NCBI RefSeq assembly: GCF_040938485.1 | Contig: NW_027271782.1 | Location: 1-64,000, forward strand | Length of the DNA stretch: 64,000 bases | Origin: Diadema antillarum | Taxonomy: Eukaryota | Reading direction: 5' to 3' | Shown here: positions 1 to 12,200 of the stretch, piece after piece | Position numbering within the stretch: the first letter of the stretch is position 1 | Layout of the letters: each line of letters opens with the position of its first letter | Translations under genes and position numbers: made by a program | The notes under the pieces: model-generated | Databases searched by the model: none | What the model saw: only the letters and a program-made list of their open reading frames with translations | What the model was told of the DNA's origin: nothing

Positions 1-3000
1 ACTTCTTCATCTGCAATTACAGAGAATGGGACGGCAACCAGGACACCGATTCATACGTGTGGGTCTACGACAACAGCACGGGTGAGGAATCATTCTGATC
101 AGTATACTGACTACGTTCCAAAAGCAGAGCTGTTCAGATTATATTCATGCATCTGTCTATTAAGAAATGAATTAGTGTCATTAAAATTATGTATTTGTAG
201 TAATAGAGTACCTCATTTATAAATGTATTTGTAAAGGTTATATTCATACATCTGTCTATTAAGAAATAAATCAGTAGTGTCATTAAAATTATGTATTTGT
301 AGTGATAAGATACCTCATTTATAAATGTATTTGTGAAGGTTATATTCATACATCTGTCTATCGAGAAATACATCAGTAGTGTCATTCAAATGATGTATGT
401 GTAGTGATAAAATACGGTACATTTAATGTATACATCTGTCTATTGAGAAATGAATTAGTGTCATTAAAAAGATGTATTTGGAGTGATAAAATACCTCATC
501 TATACATGTATTTGTAACAAGACTTGTGATATTCAAAATTTGTACCACGTGACATACATTGCTTTCGTTATAGTTAATGGTCGTGCGCTAGAACTTTTAA
601 TTGTTGCAAATACAGGGCGTAGACAAATCAACGTTATGAATACACTTTATCATAGCTAAAACAAAAGGCTACATGCTTTTGTGCGATGAACTTAGAACAA
701 AATCCGAAATTCCGACAATGTGTAGTAAAGTAGTCCATGGTCGACATATTAAATTAGAATAAATTTAAGCGAGAGATTATTCCGTAGAGGAGTGAAGATA
801 TGAGATTTGAGTGTTATTCGATAGTTATTTGTCTGCTCTCTGTACAAATGAAATTTTGAAGACAGCAACTGCTTTGATCTGCAGTAGATGACAGGTTGCA
901 TTTCCGCTGGTACTTTTTTTTCCCCCGATATGTTTGTTAAAAAAAAAAATGTTGGTCAGTAGTTGCGATCTCACAAATTTCATTTGCACAGAGGGCAAAC
1001 AAATCATGACCCTTCCTCTTAAAAAAAACCACTAAAAGTCTCATAACATGGCACTGTTATCCACGAGTGTCCCTGTATTCTCAATACAGGGACACTAGTA
1101 TCCACTATACCACAGCGCCCCAACAGTTATAATCATGTCGATTCTCTCTTTTTGTTTTTCTTTGTCTTTGCTCGCTACGCATTCACAGATTCGTTTGTCA
1201 CACACCAAACGATTGCGACGAAGGGCTGTGTAACGCCCGCCACCTTGAGATCGACCGAGCATGGCTTCTATCTCTTCATCAGCAACTACTACGCGCCCAG
1301 TAGCTACACCCAGAATTCGCAGGTTTACAAGGTAAATGCACTGTGATCATGTTTCATCTAAAGAGGGGGTGTACTCGAAAGAAACATGTGAGTTTTCGAT
1401 AGGCCTATAGTCCATTTGGGGAGCAATCATTATTGAACATTTTCAGCAATTTGTCGACATGGCGAACCGCAGAGGGTGCAGAATTCAGTGAGATGTGAAG
1501 CCGGAGGTGGCGAAATGTCCCGACCGACCATGTAATTTAAGCGCTTTTACGTTGCCACAATGTATGGGTTAGCTAAAAATCGCAGACAATGATAATTAAA
1601 AATGGTTCTTTTTTTTCTTTTCTCACCTCGCCTTTCTGTCTGGTTTTGCGAGAACATTAGACAGTACGCCGAAGCAAAATAGAATAGAAATGAACAAACC
1701 GACTCGACGTAACAGCTTAAACCTACACAAAAAGAAATGCCGATCGTGCAGAATTGGGATATGATAAAATCGCTACGATTTTATTTATAGAAATCAACAT
1801 CACATTTACTTTCACTCGTGAACCACCTCCCCCCCCCCCCCACATGCCAATATCTCATAGAGGTAATCGTATAATAATGTCATTATTGTCATTACTATAT
1901 CACTATCCCCAACATTGTCATCATCCTTGGTCATTATTTTTTGGTCGATAATCCGCAGTGGTACCCGCGATACGAACGCTTCGTTTGGATTCATGACATC
2001 TCAACCACCGGTGCCTTCATGAGTGACATCTTCGAGATCGACTCGGTGATCTACGTGGCGGTCCCATTCTACAGAGACGGTAGCAACTACGAGCTGACGT
2101 CGGAAGTGTGGGGGCAGTCCGGAAGTTATGGTACGTTGACCTTTCGACCCCTCAGTTTTGTCTTATTTTGTTACATTATGAAAGCAAGATAAACGCGATG
2201 GATCTTTCCCTTTTGTCGGCTGTTGTTTGTTCTTCAGTTTAAAACTATGTTGCAGTTGCCTTCCTCGTTCGAGTTGATTCTTTGACGTATTATGAATGCT
2301 GTATACGGTTAAAGTGTGGTAAAATTACCTTTTGATACAAGCTCTATGAGCAAGTCCATTTGATAAAGAGGGACTTTCCAAACTCCCGGCAACAATTAGT
2401 GTCCACGGGCGTACACACACTGTAGAATTGTGCTTCATTATGTTCATGAAAAAATAGATTCTAACCTAAAGATCGAAACACGTCTGTATGAAGTGATCCG
2501 TGATGTAGTAGACTTTAAGGGATGGTACAGTATTGGTGGAGATGAAAATCGGGCTTTAACTTTTATGCGAGATACCAAGAAAACACTTACGAAATAACAC
2601 AGAGCATACAATTTCAAGAGGAATACAAAGTTTATTAAGCTTTTTGATGAAAATCGGGTTTGAAATAGCTGAAACATTAAAAAAAAAGTAAAACAAAATG
2701 ATCGTAATAAAATGTGGGTCCCACACTTTATTAGGATCACTCTGTTTTGGATATCTCCGCCCTTTGAAAATCAATTTTTATCAAATAAACATATTTCATA
2801 AGAGGTTTCTCATTATCTCACAAAAAAAAAATGATAGAAACCTGAAGTTAAGTCTCTACCAAAACAATAGGATCCCTTTAAGAAAGACAGTGATGCGAGT
2901 AGAAATGCATTTAAACCTGCTCGTTGACAAACGGTCGTGTGATTGGATCGTCGCATCGCATCACTCTGCAAACAAACAACGCATAAACAAAACAAAACCA

Positions 3001-5966
3001 CAAAATGTCCAGAACATGGACAACCTCTGTCAGTGCTTTCTCTTCTTGTCATAATCATGTGTGGATCAGACATTCACCGGGGTTGCTATATCGACGGCAC
3101 GAGTCGGGCGCTCGACGGCGACTCCTTCTCCTCCGATTCGATGACGGTGACACTGTGCATCACGTATTGCCGAGATCGCGGCTACCCGTATGCCGGGCTC
3201 CAGGCGAGTAGCCATTGTTTCTGCGGCGACGAAGATTACAGCGAGCATGGGGAGGCCAGCAGCGGGGACTGCAACCAGCAATGCACCGGCGACTCATCTT
3301 CCTACTGCGGTGGCTCTTGGAGGAACAACATCTACTCTACAGGTGGGTGCATGATACTGACCCGTTCAGCGGTTCTATATATGACAAGTTACCGCCTGGA
3401 CAATTACCCCAGACCCTCACCCTGCTCCTAACCCTGATCCTAACCCAGAACCCATTTATATGAAATCCTTTCACAAACCAATATTTAGCCTGGCACTGCC
3501 TGGGGTAGTAATTGTCCATGTAGGGTAATTGTCCTGATACGTGTTCAGCACCAATACGCCAATTCGTAGTTCCACTTAGGCATAAGCAGAATAGGTTCAT
3601 ATCATGTAATAACGGGCATGTTGTTTTAGATTCACTGAGATAAAGCATCTGTAATAGAATGATTGCTATTTATGATGAATCCTTAAAATGGTACTTGCCA
3701 GCATGCCCCTCTGTCAAACAGTAACAAAGTGTCAAATAAAGCCTTTCAAGTGCTATTGAATTTGGCAATATCATAATGCATTATATCTGTCAGTGCATTC
3801 AAAGCAAAACATTGAAATGGATGCTTTCCCGGCGAATGTAAATTGACGAGATGTTCTAGTCACCTGATCTACACAGGTTTATTCTGCGCATCAACAAGAA
3901 TTCCATGAATTGTTACGTCGGGCAAGGTTATGCAGTATGTCGCTTTGAAAACGAGCGAAGTGCCTAACCTATCAATTGGTTAAAAAAAGAAAGTCTTTGT
4001 TTTCATTTTCATTAGTTCTACTAAAGTCTACTGCTACTTATAGGCTGATATAAAACGACATTAAAAGATTTGCCGCGATCGAACTTTGCCGGTGATTTTC
4101 TTTATGGAGAAAGAAAACATGTGTCTAGAGCTACCCTGCCATTTCGAAAGTAACGTTTATTGTATGGTATAGCTGTCGCAATTTCCATCAGATAATTTCA
4201 CTCCAAGTATACGAACCTCGCAATCTCATCATCAGCAAAGTTTGGTCGTTTGTAAATTAGGCAGTGCGTTCGGTGCCAACGTGTCATTATTTTGGGGGTC
4301 TCTTTTAAGATCAATCTTGGACGAATGTCCAGGACTTGCCCGGCTCTCCTGGCGCGGCCACGGGGGCGAAGTACTACTCTCACGGCGGCTCACACTACCT
4401 CGTGATTACCAGGTACGCCGATTCAGAAGAATGCAACAAGGATATGATGGTGTACGTGTGGAACGCGGGCTCGTCCGAGTGGGAAGTGCACCAGACGATC
4501 ACACTGGAATGGACGTGCCCGATCGATGCCGAAATCTTTGAGGTAGAATAAAGCTCGGTTTCTAATCATTCGAATACCCGTAACTCGACCTATTTTCATG
4601 CAATCATTGACATACTGCATTTCCTATATCGAAATTCTTCCACCCGTTCGTCTAGAAAAATTTATCTGTGCAATATGATATCCAGTGTACATAGATTGAA
4701 AGCAGCAATATCAGTAGAATGCATAGGTAAGATTTTGAGGAAAGTTGGACAATCGATTCAAAAGTTACGAATTTTCAAACTCTCCGAGCCGTCCGTCATT
4801 GCTGGGTGAGGTAATGCTTATTGCTACACTTCGTGACGTCATTATGGACAACAATTATAAAATGAAATGACAACGACACTCAACACAAATTTCACTTTTC
4901 TAGCATAGTGAAAGAGCCCTTGACTTACCTCTTTCGGAAAGTAGGAGAAATACCATACGTCAGTAACAAGTTGATGGAATGTAAATTTGACTGAAAAAAA
5001 AATGAGATTTTGTGGAATTCCGATATTTTTCTTATCTTATCAATGCTTATTGTAAAAAATGACATGAACAGTTGAATTCTTCTTTTGGCAGCAATGATGG
5101 TACCGAAGCTTTAAACATTTTCCTGCAACTTTGATTTCATTTCAATTTCATCTGCTTATGTGTTGCGTAGTATTGTTAATTTCACGTAGTTTTCTTTGTT
5201 ACTACATTGTAATGATATTGTGTATGTAAATGTTTTTGCATTGTTGGAAATGAAGTAAATGAAAATGAAAAAAAAAGAATGAAAAAATAACGTAATCATA
5301 ACATTTGAATCGATTATCCGATTTTCCTTAAACTTTCACTGTCAGACTGTTGTGTTCTACTACTAATGGAGTTTTCACTCAATCCACATTCTTATTTGGG
5401 CTTTGATTTCCTTGAAGGCCAATACAATCTTATACCAATGCATGGATGCATGCAGGGACGTGTAATTATGTCCCCCAATGCTATACCTGTAACAGTATTT
5501 TCTCCAAAGTTTTACTTTCTCTGCTTTCCTCGCGCTTTTATCTCCCTTTCTCCCCCCCCCCCCCCCCTCCTCACCCCTCTCCTTTTCACTGTTGAGTGAC
5601 ATCGATTTCATGTTACCTCTTCTTTCATATATCCCTATCTTATTATATCGTTTAAGTTATTTATCATTGATTTTACCCACCCTACCAAATCAATCTGCTC
5701 AGAAAAATGGAAGAAAGTTCATGTTGGTCACCAACCTCCGCATCGAAAGAAATATTGAGTCAGACGATGGTACTTTGGTGCAAACGCCCGTTCTCGAGCT
5801 CAAAGGAACAATGTGGGTGAGACACTCCAGCTTGGACGGGGTCACCGTCTACGACTTCTCGACGTTCGAACGCGACGGCGAGCTGTACATCGTCCAGGTG
5901 GCCGGACGGAATGCGACGGGCTCGACGTACAGAGACTGCCCGCACAAGATCTACCACTGGGTCTGA
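1..5966 (+). CDS. EAR/EPTP-repeat (TSPEAR/LGI-like) beta-propeller protein with an inserted WSC domain; 5' end lies outside the window
   Basis: Six GT-AG exons join in frame: <1-81, 1189-1331, 1959-2130, 3070-3342, 4310-4542, 5703-5966 (TGA). The translation shows six EAR-like units of the form F/W..Q.I.T.G...F...YL.(V/I).N...S.VY.W, e.g. SFVTHQTIATKG..FYLFISNY..NSQVYKW and RFVWIHDISTTGA..IFEIDSVIYVAV..TSEVW. Family assignment is from motif recognition. Confidence 0.85.
138..519. repeat. AT-rich ~100-bp tandem repeat, about 4 copies, in the first visible intron
   Basis: TATATTCAT.CATCTGTCTAT recurs at ~140, ~240 and ~341, with a shortened copy at ~430. Confidence 0.9.
2518..2877. mobile_element. 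Degenerate Kolobok-type (TTAA) MITE, family B
   Basis: AGGGAT..TGGTGGAGA / TCTCTACCA..ATCCCT terminal inverted repeats (19/25 match), flanked by TTTA and TTAA. The interior is homologous to 44030-44402. Confidence 0.7.
3070..3342 (+). other. WSC domain encoded by one symmetric phase 1-1 exon
   Basis: RGCYID..RAL..DSMTVTLCITYCRDRGYPYAGLQASSHCFCG..DCNQQCTGDSSSYCGGSWRNNIY is a canonical 8-Cys WSC pattern. Acceptor AG 3068-3069, donor GT 3343-3344; length 273 nt. Confidence 0.93.
3398..3534. mobile_element. Small inverted-repeat element with a degenerate (CCCTAA)-like interior
   Basis: GGACAATTACCC 3398-3409 and GGGTAATTGTCC 3523-3534 are perfect inverted repeats; interior reads ccctcaccctgctcctaaccctgatcctaaccc. 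Confidence 0.55.
3554..3995. mobile_element. Degenerate copy of the MITE at 59687-60130
   Basis: Colinear similarity with 59687-60085, e.g. GAAATGGATGCTTTCCC, TTTGGCAATATCA, TTATGCA.TATGTCGCT.TGAA. Confidence 0.75.
4670..5415. mobile_element. Old, interrupted Kolobok-type MITE, family A
   Basis: Left part (TTTGAGGAAAGTTGGACAATCGATTCAAAAGTTA) and right part (CGATTATCCGATTTTCCTTAAACTTTCACTG..CACTCAATCCACATT) match the arms of 18638-19195. Boundaries are approximate. Confidence 0.65.
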
Positions 5967-6889
5967 TGAGGGCGCGCTTTATCAGAAGGAAAGCACCAAT
6001 CTTATACTCGCGTCTTGTTGTGAATAGGGAGCTTTAGATGTGCGACGTTAATGTTTAGACGACGCCTACGTCGACCGTTCTCCTCTTTCCCTGCGTTGTC
6101 GTGTTGCAAAGTAGCCGATTTCGATTTCGCGAAGACGCAGCCTATAAAAAGTAAAGGCCTCACACGGGTAAAAATTCCCCGATGGAGACGTATGTTAAGA
6201 TTACAAAATTATGTTTAAAAAAAACTGAGAGAAATCAGGTGTTTCATTTTCGGTACCCTGAAAAAGTGAGGCATACCCTTTCATCCAATTTCAAGTCCAA
6301 GGTGGGTTCTTCAGCTCAAACTTTCCCCAAGGGTTCACAAAGCAAGACCACGAGTTCTTTTCACTCAAGAAAAAACAAAAACAAAACAAAACAAAAAACA
6401 CACACCCTTACACATTATCTGTACATGCACCAAATCAAGAGATTAAAGTCCCTTCAAATTCCATGAGAAAAGCTTTCATCTTCCAACCAAAATGCAGTTT
6501 GTAGAGGAATTCATACTCAATATCTGCAACTATGCAGTTTCTGCCAAATTACCTTTCCTGATTTTTGATTATTTTTGTCTTCATTTATTTTAGTATCTTT
6601 GGTACGATTTTGTGATGGGGTCAGGGGTATTTCATTATATTTACAGGTGTGAGCTCTAAAATGGCGCCCCTATTATGCCGTTCGTAATCATTGCAGCAAG
6701 CAGCTCTCTGTGTCTTGAATTTAAGCGGAATTTTGGCGGAACGGTCGCGAAAAATCAGACGACGACGCGAGATCGATGTAAGCGGTCTTGCGCATGCTCA
6801 GAACAGATTTCTTTTTCTCTTAACGTCCGCATCTCAAATCTGAAGCTCCCTATTGATTCAACAGATAACGCCAAAAAAGGAGCAAGTAG

Positions 6890-7035
6890 AGCCAGTTGCA
6901 TTACAAAAAAATACAATGAAACTATGTCAGAAAATCTGACGTAAATCAGGTATCAGCCAATCAGAAATGAGTATTCACAGACGCATGTTTCATTTTCTAC
7001 CATAAGTTTGCTATCAACTTTGATGCCACAGGGCC
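6890..7035. mobile_element. PIF/Harbinger-type MITE related to 26235-26389, opposite orientation
   Basis: Right end GCCACAGGGCC followed by CAG. The interior TATCAGCCAATCAGAA is the reverse complement of TTCTGATTGGCTGATA in the 26235 copy. Confidence 0.6.
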
Positions 7036-9188
7036 CAGGTTTTACACCCGTCCTGTAGGCTTGGTAGGTGCCTGCTCGTATTAGACTCGTTTTGAATCTA
7101 AATGATGACAAGAGTCCGAAAAAGTAGTCGTCAGAGACAATTATGTTTCATATGCTATTTCTGCCCTCTTTAGGAAAAAAAAGCCAGTAACTGCAATATA
7201 TGAGACATTAAAGATACTGCTTTTTTTGCTTGGGAGGGCAGATTTGCTACCCGTATACACTAACATCTGTTTAAGGGGGATACACTTGAACATAGCATAA
7301 GATATTCAAAAGGCAGATTAATTTTTGGAAGTCCTAAAGAGCATTATTTTCTTTTTACTAAAACTCTACTAAAAAAATAGCTCCTCCAAATAAAACAAAC
7401 AGACGTGTCTATATCCATGTCTAAAATGACACTATAATATTTCCGCCCAATCGCCTTTGGATGAGGCGTTCCAGTAATTCGTGCATTTACTATACCTGGT
7501 CCAGACAATAACCATTAAATGGATGGTTTGACACAATGAGTTTTGCTTTGATGAATAGAATGAAATATAAGTTTTCTTTGTACCAAAACAGTCATTTTTC
7601 TCCTCCCATCATCTGTAGAAAATGGATGCTATACCATAAATAATGCCGGGTTCAAGCAAAGTATGAAATTATGTTACGTACATAATTACTGAGAATTATG
7701 AAGGTTATTGTTTATATTATAGTCATTATTATATTTCTTTTTGACGTACGCTCATCAGTTCTACTTCTGAACAAGCGTTCATCTCTCTCTTTGCCTTGAT
7801 GTGTTAATTATTAAATTGTAAATACTTCTCAGAAATATGTTTCTATCGATGTGTTTCTGTGATCGTCGATGTTGAATGGAGTTGTAAATAAAATAAGACA
7901 TATGCGTGCATAGTGAATATTACAAGCCTCAAATGAAATGGTTTGTTGTTGTCATGTGTATTTGTACACGCAGCTCTTACGCACGCACACGGGGACGTAC
8001 ACACACATACACTTGCATAGGTCTCGAATGTACCATTCTAGAAAAGGATGCATTGTACTTATAGATAACTATGGTAGCTAAAAGCGATTGCAATCTTTGC
8101 ATTCATGAGGCCGAAAGACGGCGTTGTAACAATATTATAGCTCATGTCGTAGAATACACGATTTAAAAAAAAAAGGTTCTGTGGTGTATGTATACGTATA
8201 TACATTATTATTCAAATATATTGTGTGTATAATGTGTGTATTTATTAGTATATATGTGTATACATATATGTTTTAATCTATTTCTTTCCATCTTTATTCA
8301 TACATTTAAATTCATCTACTCATTAATCTTTACAAGTACAAAGAAAGACAGCGCTTTTTGATTCTAAATACTATTCACAAAATGGAGGTCAAGATATCTA
8401 ACCTTTTTACGGAAATCATTCCATTGTTTTCTCTCTGTCTCTACAACCATTACCAAATGCCTTTTCTTTCTTCTTGCATGTCCCCGAAATGAAATAGGTT
8501 CAGATTCATGGTTAAATATTGACCCTCCAGACCGCAATCCAGGAAAAGAATCTCAGCTGGGAACCGATATACCGTCTCTTTTAGGTCATACCGATATGTT
8601 GGTGGCTCCTCTCTAAACTAAACCCGTGGCGCGCACACACACATGATCAAGACCTGCGCAAATCTTTGCATAGACATTTCCCCTCCTGTGGCACGCAGTG
8701 GAACTCATGTAGACTTCATTTGAACAGGCTTTCACTCTATTCCTTTCATTTCGCTAGTATGATTACCATTTATACAGTTCAATGTTAATGTTACCACTAG
8801 CAAGACGTATAAACGATAAAAGCGGTAAATGGTGCGTGATCCGCAACATGGTCATGGATATGGATAGAAGCGGCTGGAGACAGAGTCTAATTTGGACAAC
8901 CGGGGAAGGGGTTCCATGCGGAAGAGGGTACTTTTCAAGTTAGTTTGGAACAAGGGGCGGTGGCGATACTGTATCGACAGTACTAAGGCATTGCCAACAC
9001 ATGAAAGGAGGGGAATATGAAGGCTCGTTTGTGCTAATATAGGCTGCTACATGTTCAACAGATAACGCCGAGGACCCCTCGCACCGTGCCTAATAGTCAC
9101 GTATATGATAAACGCACGCGTGCATTCCTCAAACGGGTGGAGAGCAAAAAGTTTCCCCCTCCCCACGTCCTGGAGTGGGTCACCGAAT

Positions 9189-9233
9189 CAAAATGGCGGC
9201 CGTGGAGACGAGGCGAGCCAAAAATGGCGGAGA
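9189..9233 (+). promoter_or_regulatory. Two YY1-like motifs (AAAATGGCGG) at the start of gene 2
   Basis: CAAAATGGCGGCC overlaps the ATG at 9193, and CAAAAATGGCGGA lies at ~9220-9231. YY1 consensus overlapping a start codon is a known feature of 5' gene ends; binding is not shown here. Confidence 0.45.
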
Positions 9234-12200
9234 CAACAATCGGCGACAAGAGCGCCCCGTCACTTTCGCCGAGTTCGGCCTGGATTTGAAACCGTACTTC
9301 ACCGAGTTCAAGGATCACGACAGGCCATCCACCTTCGCTGATTTCGGTGTCGACGTCGAGCGCGAGCGATCTACCATAGACACTCTCGTCGGACCGGTAT
9401 GTCACCTTTTTTTAGTGAATCATAAATTGACAATTTGCTTAAGTAGTTAATCACCCCTTCCCTCTTAAATGACAGTTACTAAATATGAGAATCATTGATG
9501 GGGGGGGGGGGGGTTCGATTCCATTCGGCCGATTAACACCTAATTCTTTCAAATATTTCTGCAAAGGTAGACCTGAATTCTGTTTTCTTTTCCTGTTTTG
9601 TTGAGTCGTGCTGTATTGGCGTGACCTATTGTTGCGAGAAAAACAAAGGGCAAACTGCCTTATCTTCCGAACTAACTCACCATGTCTTAGATATACCTAT
9701 TCCCGTATAGAAGTGTATATACAAATACTAAATGTGTATGACCACGTGTTCATTTGTCACCAACCAATTACAAAAGTGAGATATTTTTGAGGCACTGTGT
9801 AATAGGTAGCTAAATTGGCAATGTCATATGCGTAAGAGTGTGTAAGAATGATATTCAAGTATGAGTGAGTTTATTGGGTCAGTTGACTGTCGTCATTATA
9901 TGTAATGATATTGGCATTGCGTCACTGTTGATGATTTTGCTTTCATACAAATACGGGTAATATTTACACAAAGTTTATCCTTGACATCGTCATGTATGTC
10001 GTTTAATGTCTTTCAAGAATTCTTGTCAGATTAAATCAATTAGTAACTATAATGGAAAGACAACATAATTTACCTCATATTCTAGGAGTAATTAAACCTA
10101 AAAAACTGAACATTATAAATAGAAAGCATTGAGACTACATTTTCAACAAATTGCGACATAATGTATGATGATGATTGGTTGATTGATTGATTGGTTGATT
10201 CTATTTTATTTCTGTATTCCTTTTCATACATAAATGTAATACAAAGTCAATTGAACTAACTAATTGGGCACATTATCATTTGAATCTGAAAGTTGAAACA
10301 GATAAATCGTTGAATTCAAATATCCAACATCGTTCTACTAAAATACAAAATGAAAACGAGCAGGCGTTATTTCATGCATAAATGAATTCCGTGTTCCTGC
10401 CGTTCAAAAGAAAAAAATTAAGCAACTCTAGATATAACACAAATACAGGAGACTATCATCATAAGCAAACGTTTGACGAGGATAATTGCCTCAGAAATGA
10501 TTGTCTAAATATCAAAGACGACATACTAAGAAGATATATTCAAGTCATCACTCACTAAGTGCAAGGGCGAGAGAGAGCTTATAATGGCCTCGCAAACATT
10601 GTCTTCCTTTCATAATATTCAGTGGAAATTTGATGCTTGTCAGTCGTGTTGGTCCATTTCTCATCACCCGAGCCGAGCCTGCAGTGTGTTACCTCTGCGG
10701 AGCTAACAAAATCTTGTCCTCAGCGGGTTTGTAATGGTGCCCAAATCCTATACAAGCTGTTGCATGGGAGATAAACCTATGTGATATTTCAAAATAAGTA
10801 AACATACCTCCCCCCTTCCAAAAACAAAAAGTCGTGAGGATTGAAAGTCTTCCTTTGCAGAACACAGTGCGTGTTATTTTCTTCATGAAGTCACTCCATC
10901 ACAACAATTCAGTATCCTATTCCTTCATTCATTTNNNNNNNNNNNNNNNNNNNNNNNNNNNNNNNNNNNNNNNNNNNNNNNNNNNNNNNNNNNNNNNNNN
11001 NNNNNNNNNNNNNNNNNNNNNNNNNNNNNNNNNNNNNNNNNNNNNNNNNNNNNNNNNNNNNNNNNNNNNNNNNNNNNNNNNNNNNNNNNNNNNNNNNNNN
11101 NNNNNNNNNNNNNNNNNNNNNNNNNNNNNNNNNNNNNNNNNNNNNNNNNNNNNNNNNNNNNNNNNNNNNNNNNNNNNNNNNNNNNNNNNNNNNNNNNNNN
11201 NNNNNNNNNNNNNNNNNNNNNNNNNNNNNNNNNNNNNNNNNNNNNNNNNNNNNNNNNNNNNNNNNNNNNNNNNNNNNNNNNNNNNNNNNNNNNNNNNNNN
11301 NNNNNNNNNNNNNNNNNNNNNNNNNNNNNNNNNNNNNNNNNNNNNNNNNNNNNNNNNNNNNNNNNNNNNNNNNNNNNNNNNNNNNNNNNNNNNNNNNNNN
11401 NNNNNNNNNNNNNNNNNNNNNNNNNNNNNNNNNNNNNNNNNNNNNNNNNNNNNNNNNNNNNNNNNNNNNNNNNNNNNNNNNNNNNNNNNNNNNNNNNNNN
11501 NNNAGCACATTAATATGCCTCGTGAAACAACAACGTTTTCACAACAAAGAAATTTTAGCATTTAACAATTTGTTTCAAGTTTCTGTAGAACCAAGTATAG
11601 ACACTGTACTTTTAGTATGATACAAACTTTCCATACACTTTACAGCTAAATGGATGAAAAGAAACGGGGGAATTATGGGGATCATCATGTATCATGCGAA
11701 TATCAGTAGTGTGGGGATAAATGGTGACGAATATAATGAAAATCAAAATGTTTTACAGAAACCGCGACACCCAAGATCTAACACAATGAAATTATCACTT
11801 GGTCAACGTAGAGATCGTATATAAATATTTCCATTCAGAAGATGAGCAGGAAACGTGTTCACATTCGACGAATCACGAATAATGACAGCTACGATGAAAA
11901 CCTTGATGTGAGTTCATTTTAATCAGCTACTGCTTTATACGAGTACGTCGGACAAATTTATGAAGAAACCGTCAACTATGAACTCGGTATCATAAACCGT
12001 CCCATCACTCTCTTTAGGTAATTATATGCACATTAGCGTTCAATTTTTGTGATTTCTACAGCGTTCTAAGGCTGGAGTACAAAAACCAAGAGCACAAAAA
12101 AAAAGCAGGTAGCAATCCGTGCGAACACACTTGTGTTAGCATCTGTGTGCCGTCTCCATTCTACGTAAGATTCGCGTTACCTCTGTACAGCATTGTCCGT

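Noticed and set aside
2943-3069. N-terminal extension and start codon of the 162-aa WSC ORF
   Set aside because: Intronic; the acceptor at 3068-3069 joins the upstream exon in phase.
3405-3445. Interstitial telomere
   Set aside because: Only a few degenerate units, enclosed within a small inverted-repeat element.
6159-6653. Possible MITE bounded by CTCACAC..GTAAA inverted repeats
   Set aside because: Only 12/14 match, no TSD and no second copy in the window; not supportable.
10834-11565. Long ORFs made of X residues (also 16116-16480 and 36782-37132)
   Set aside because: Artefacts of N gaps.
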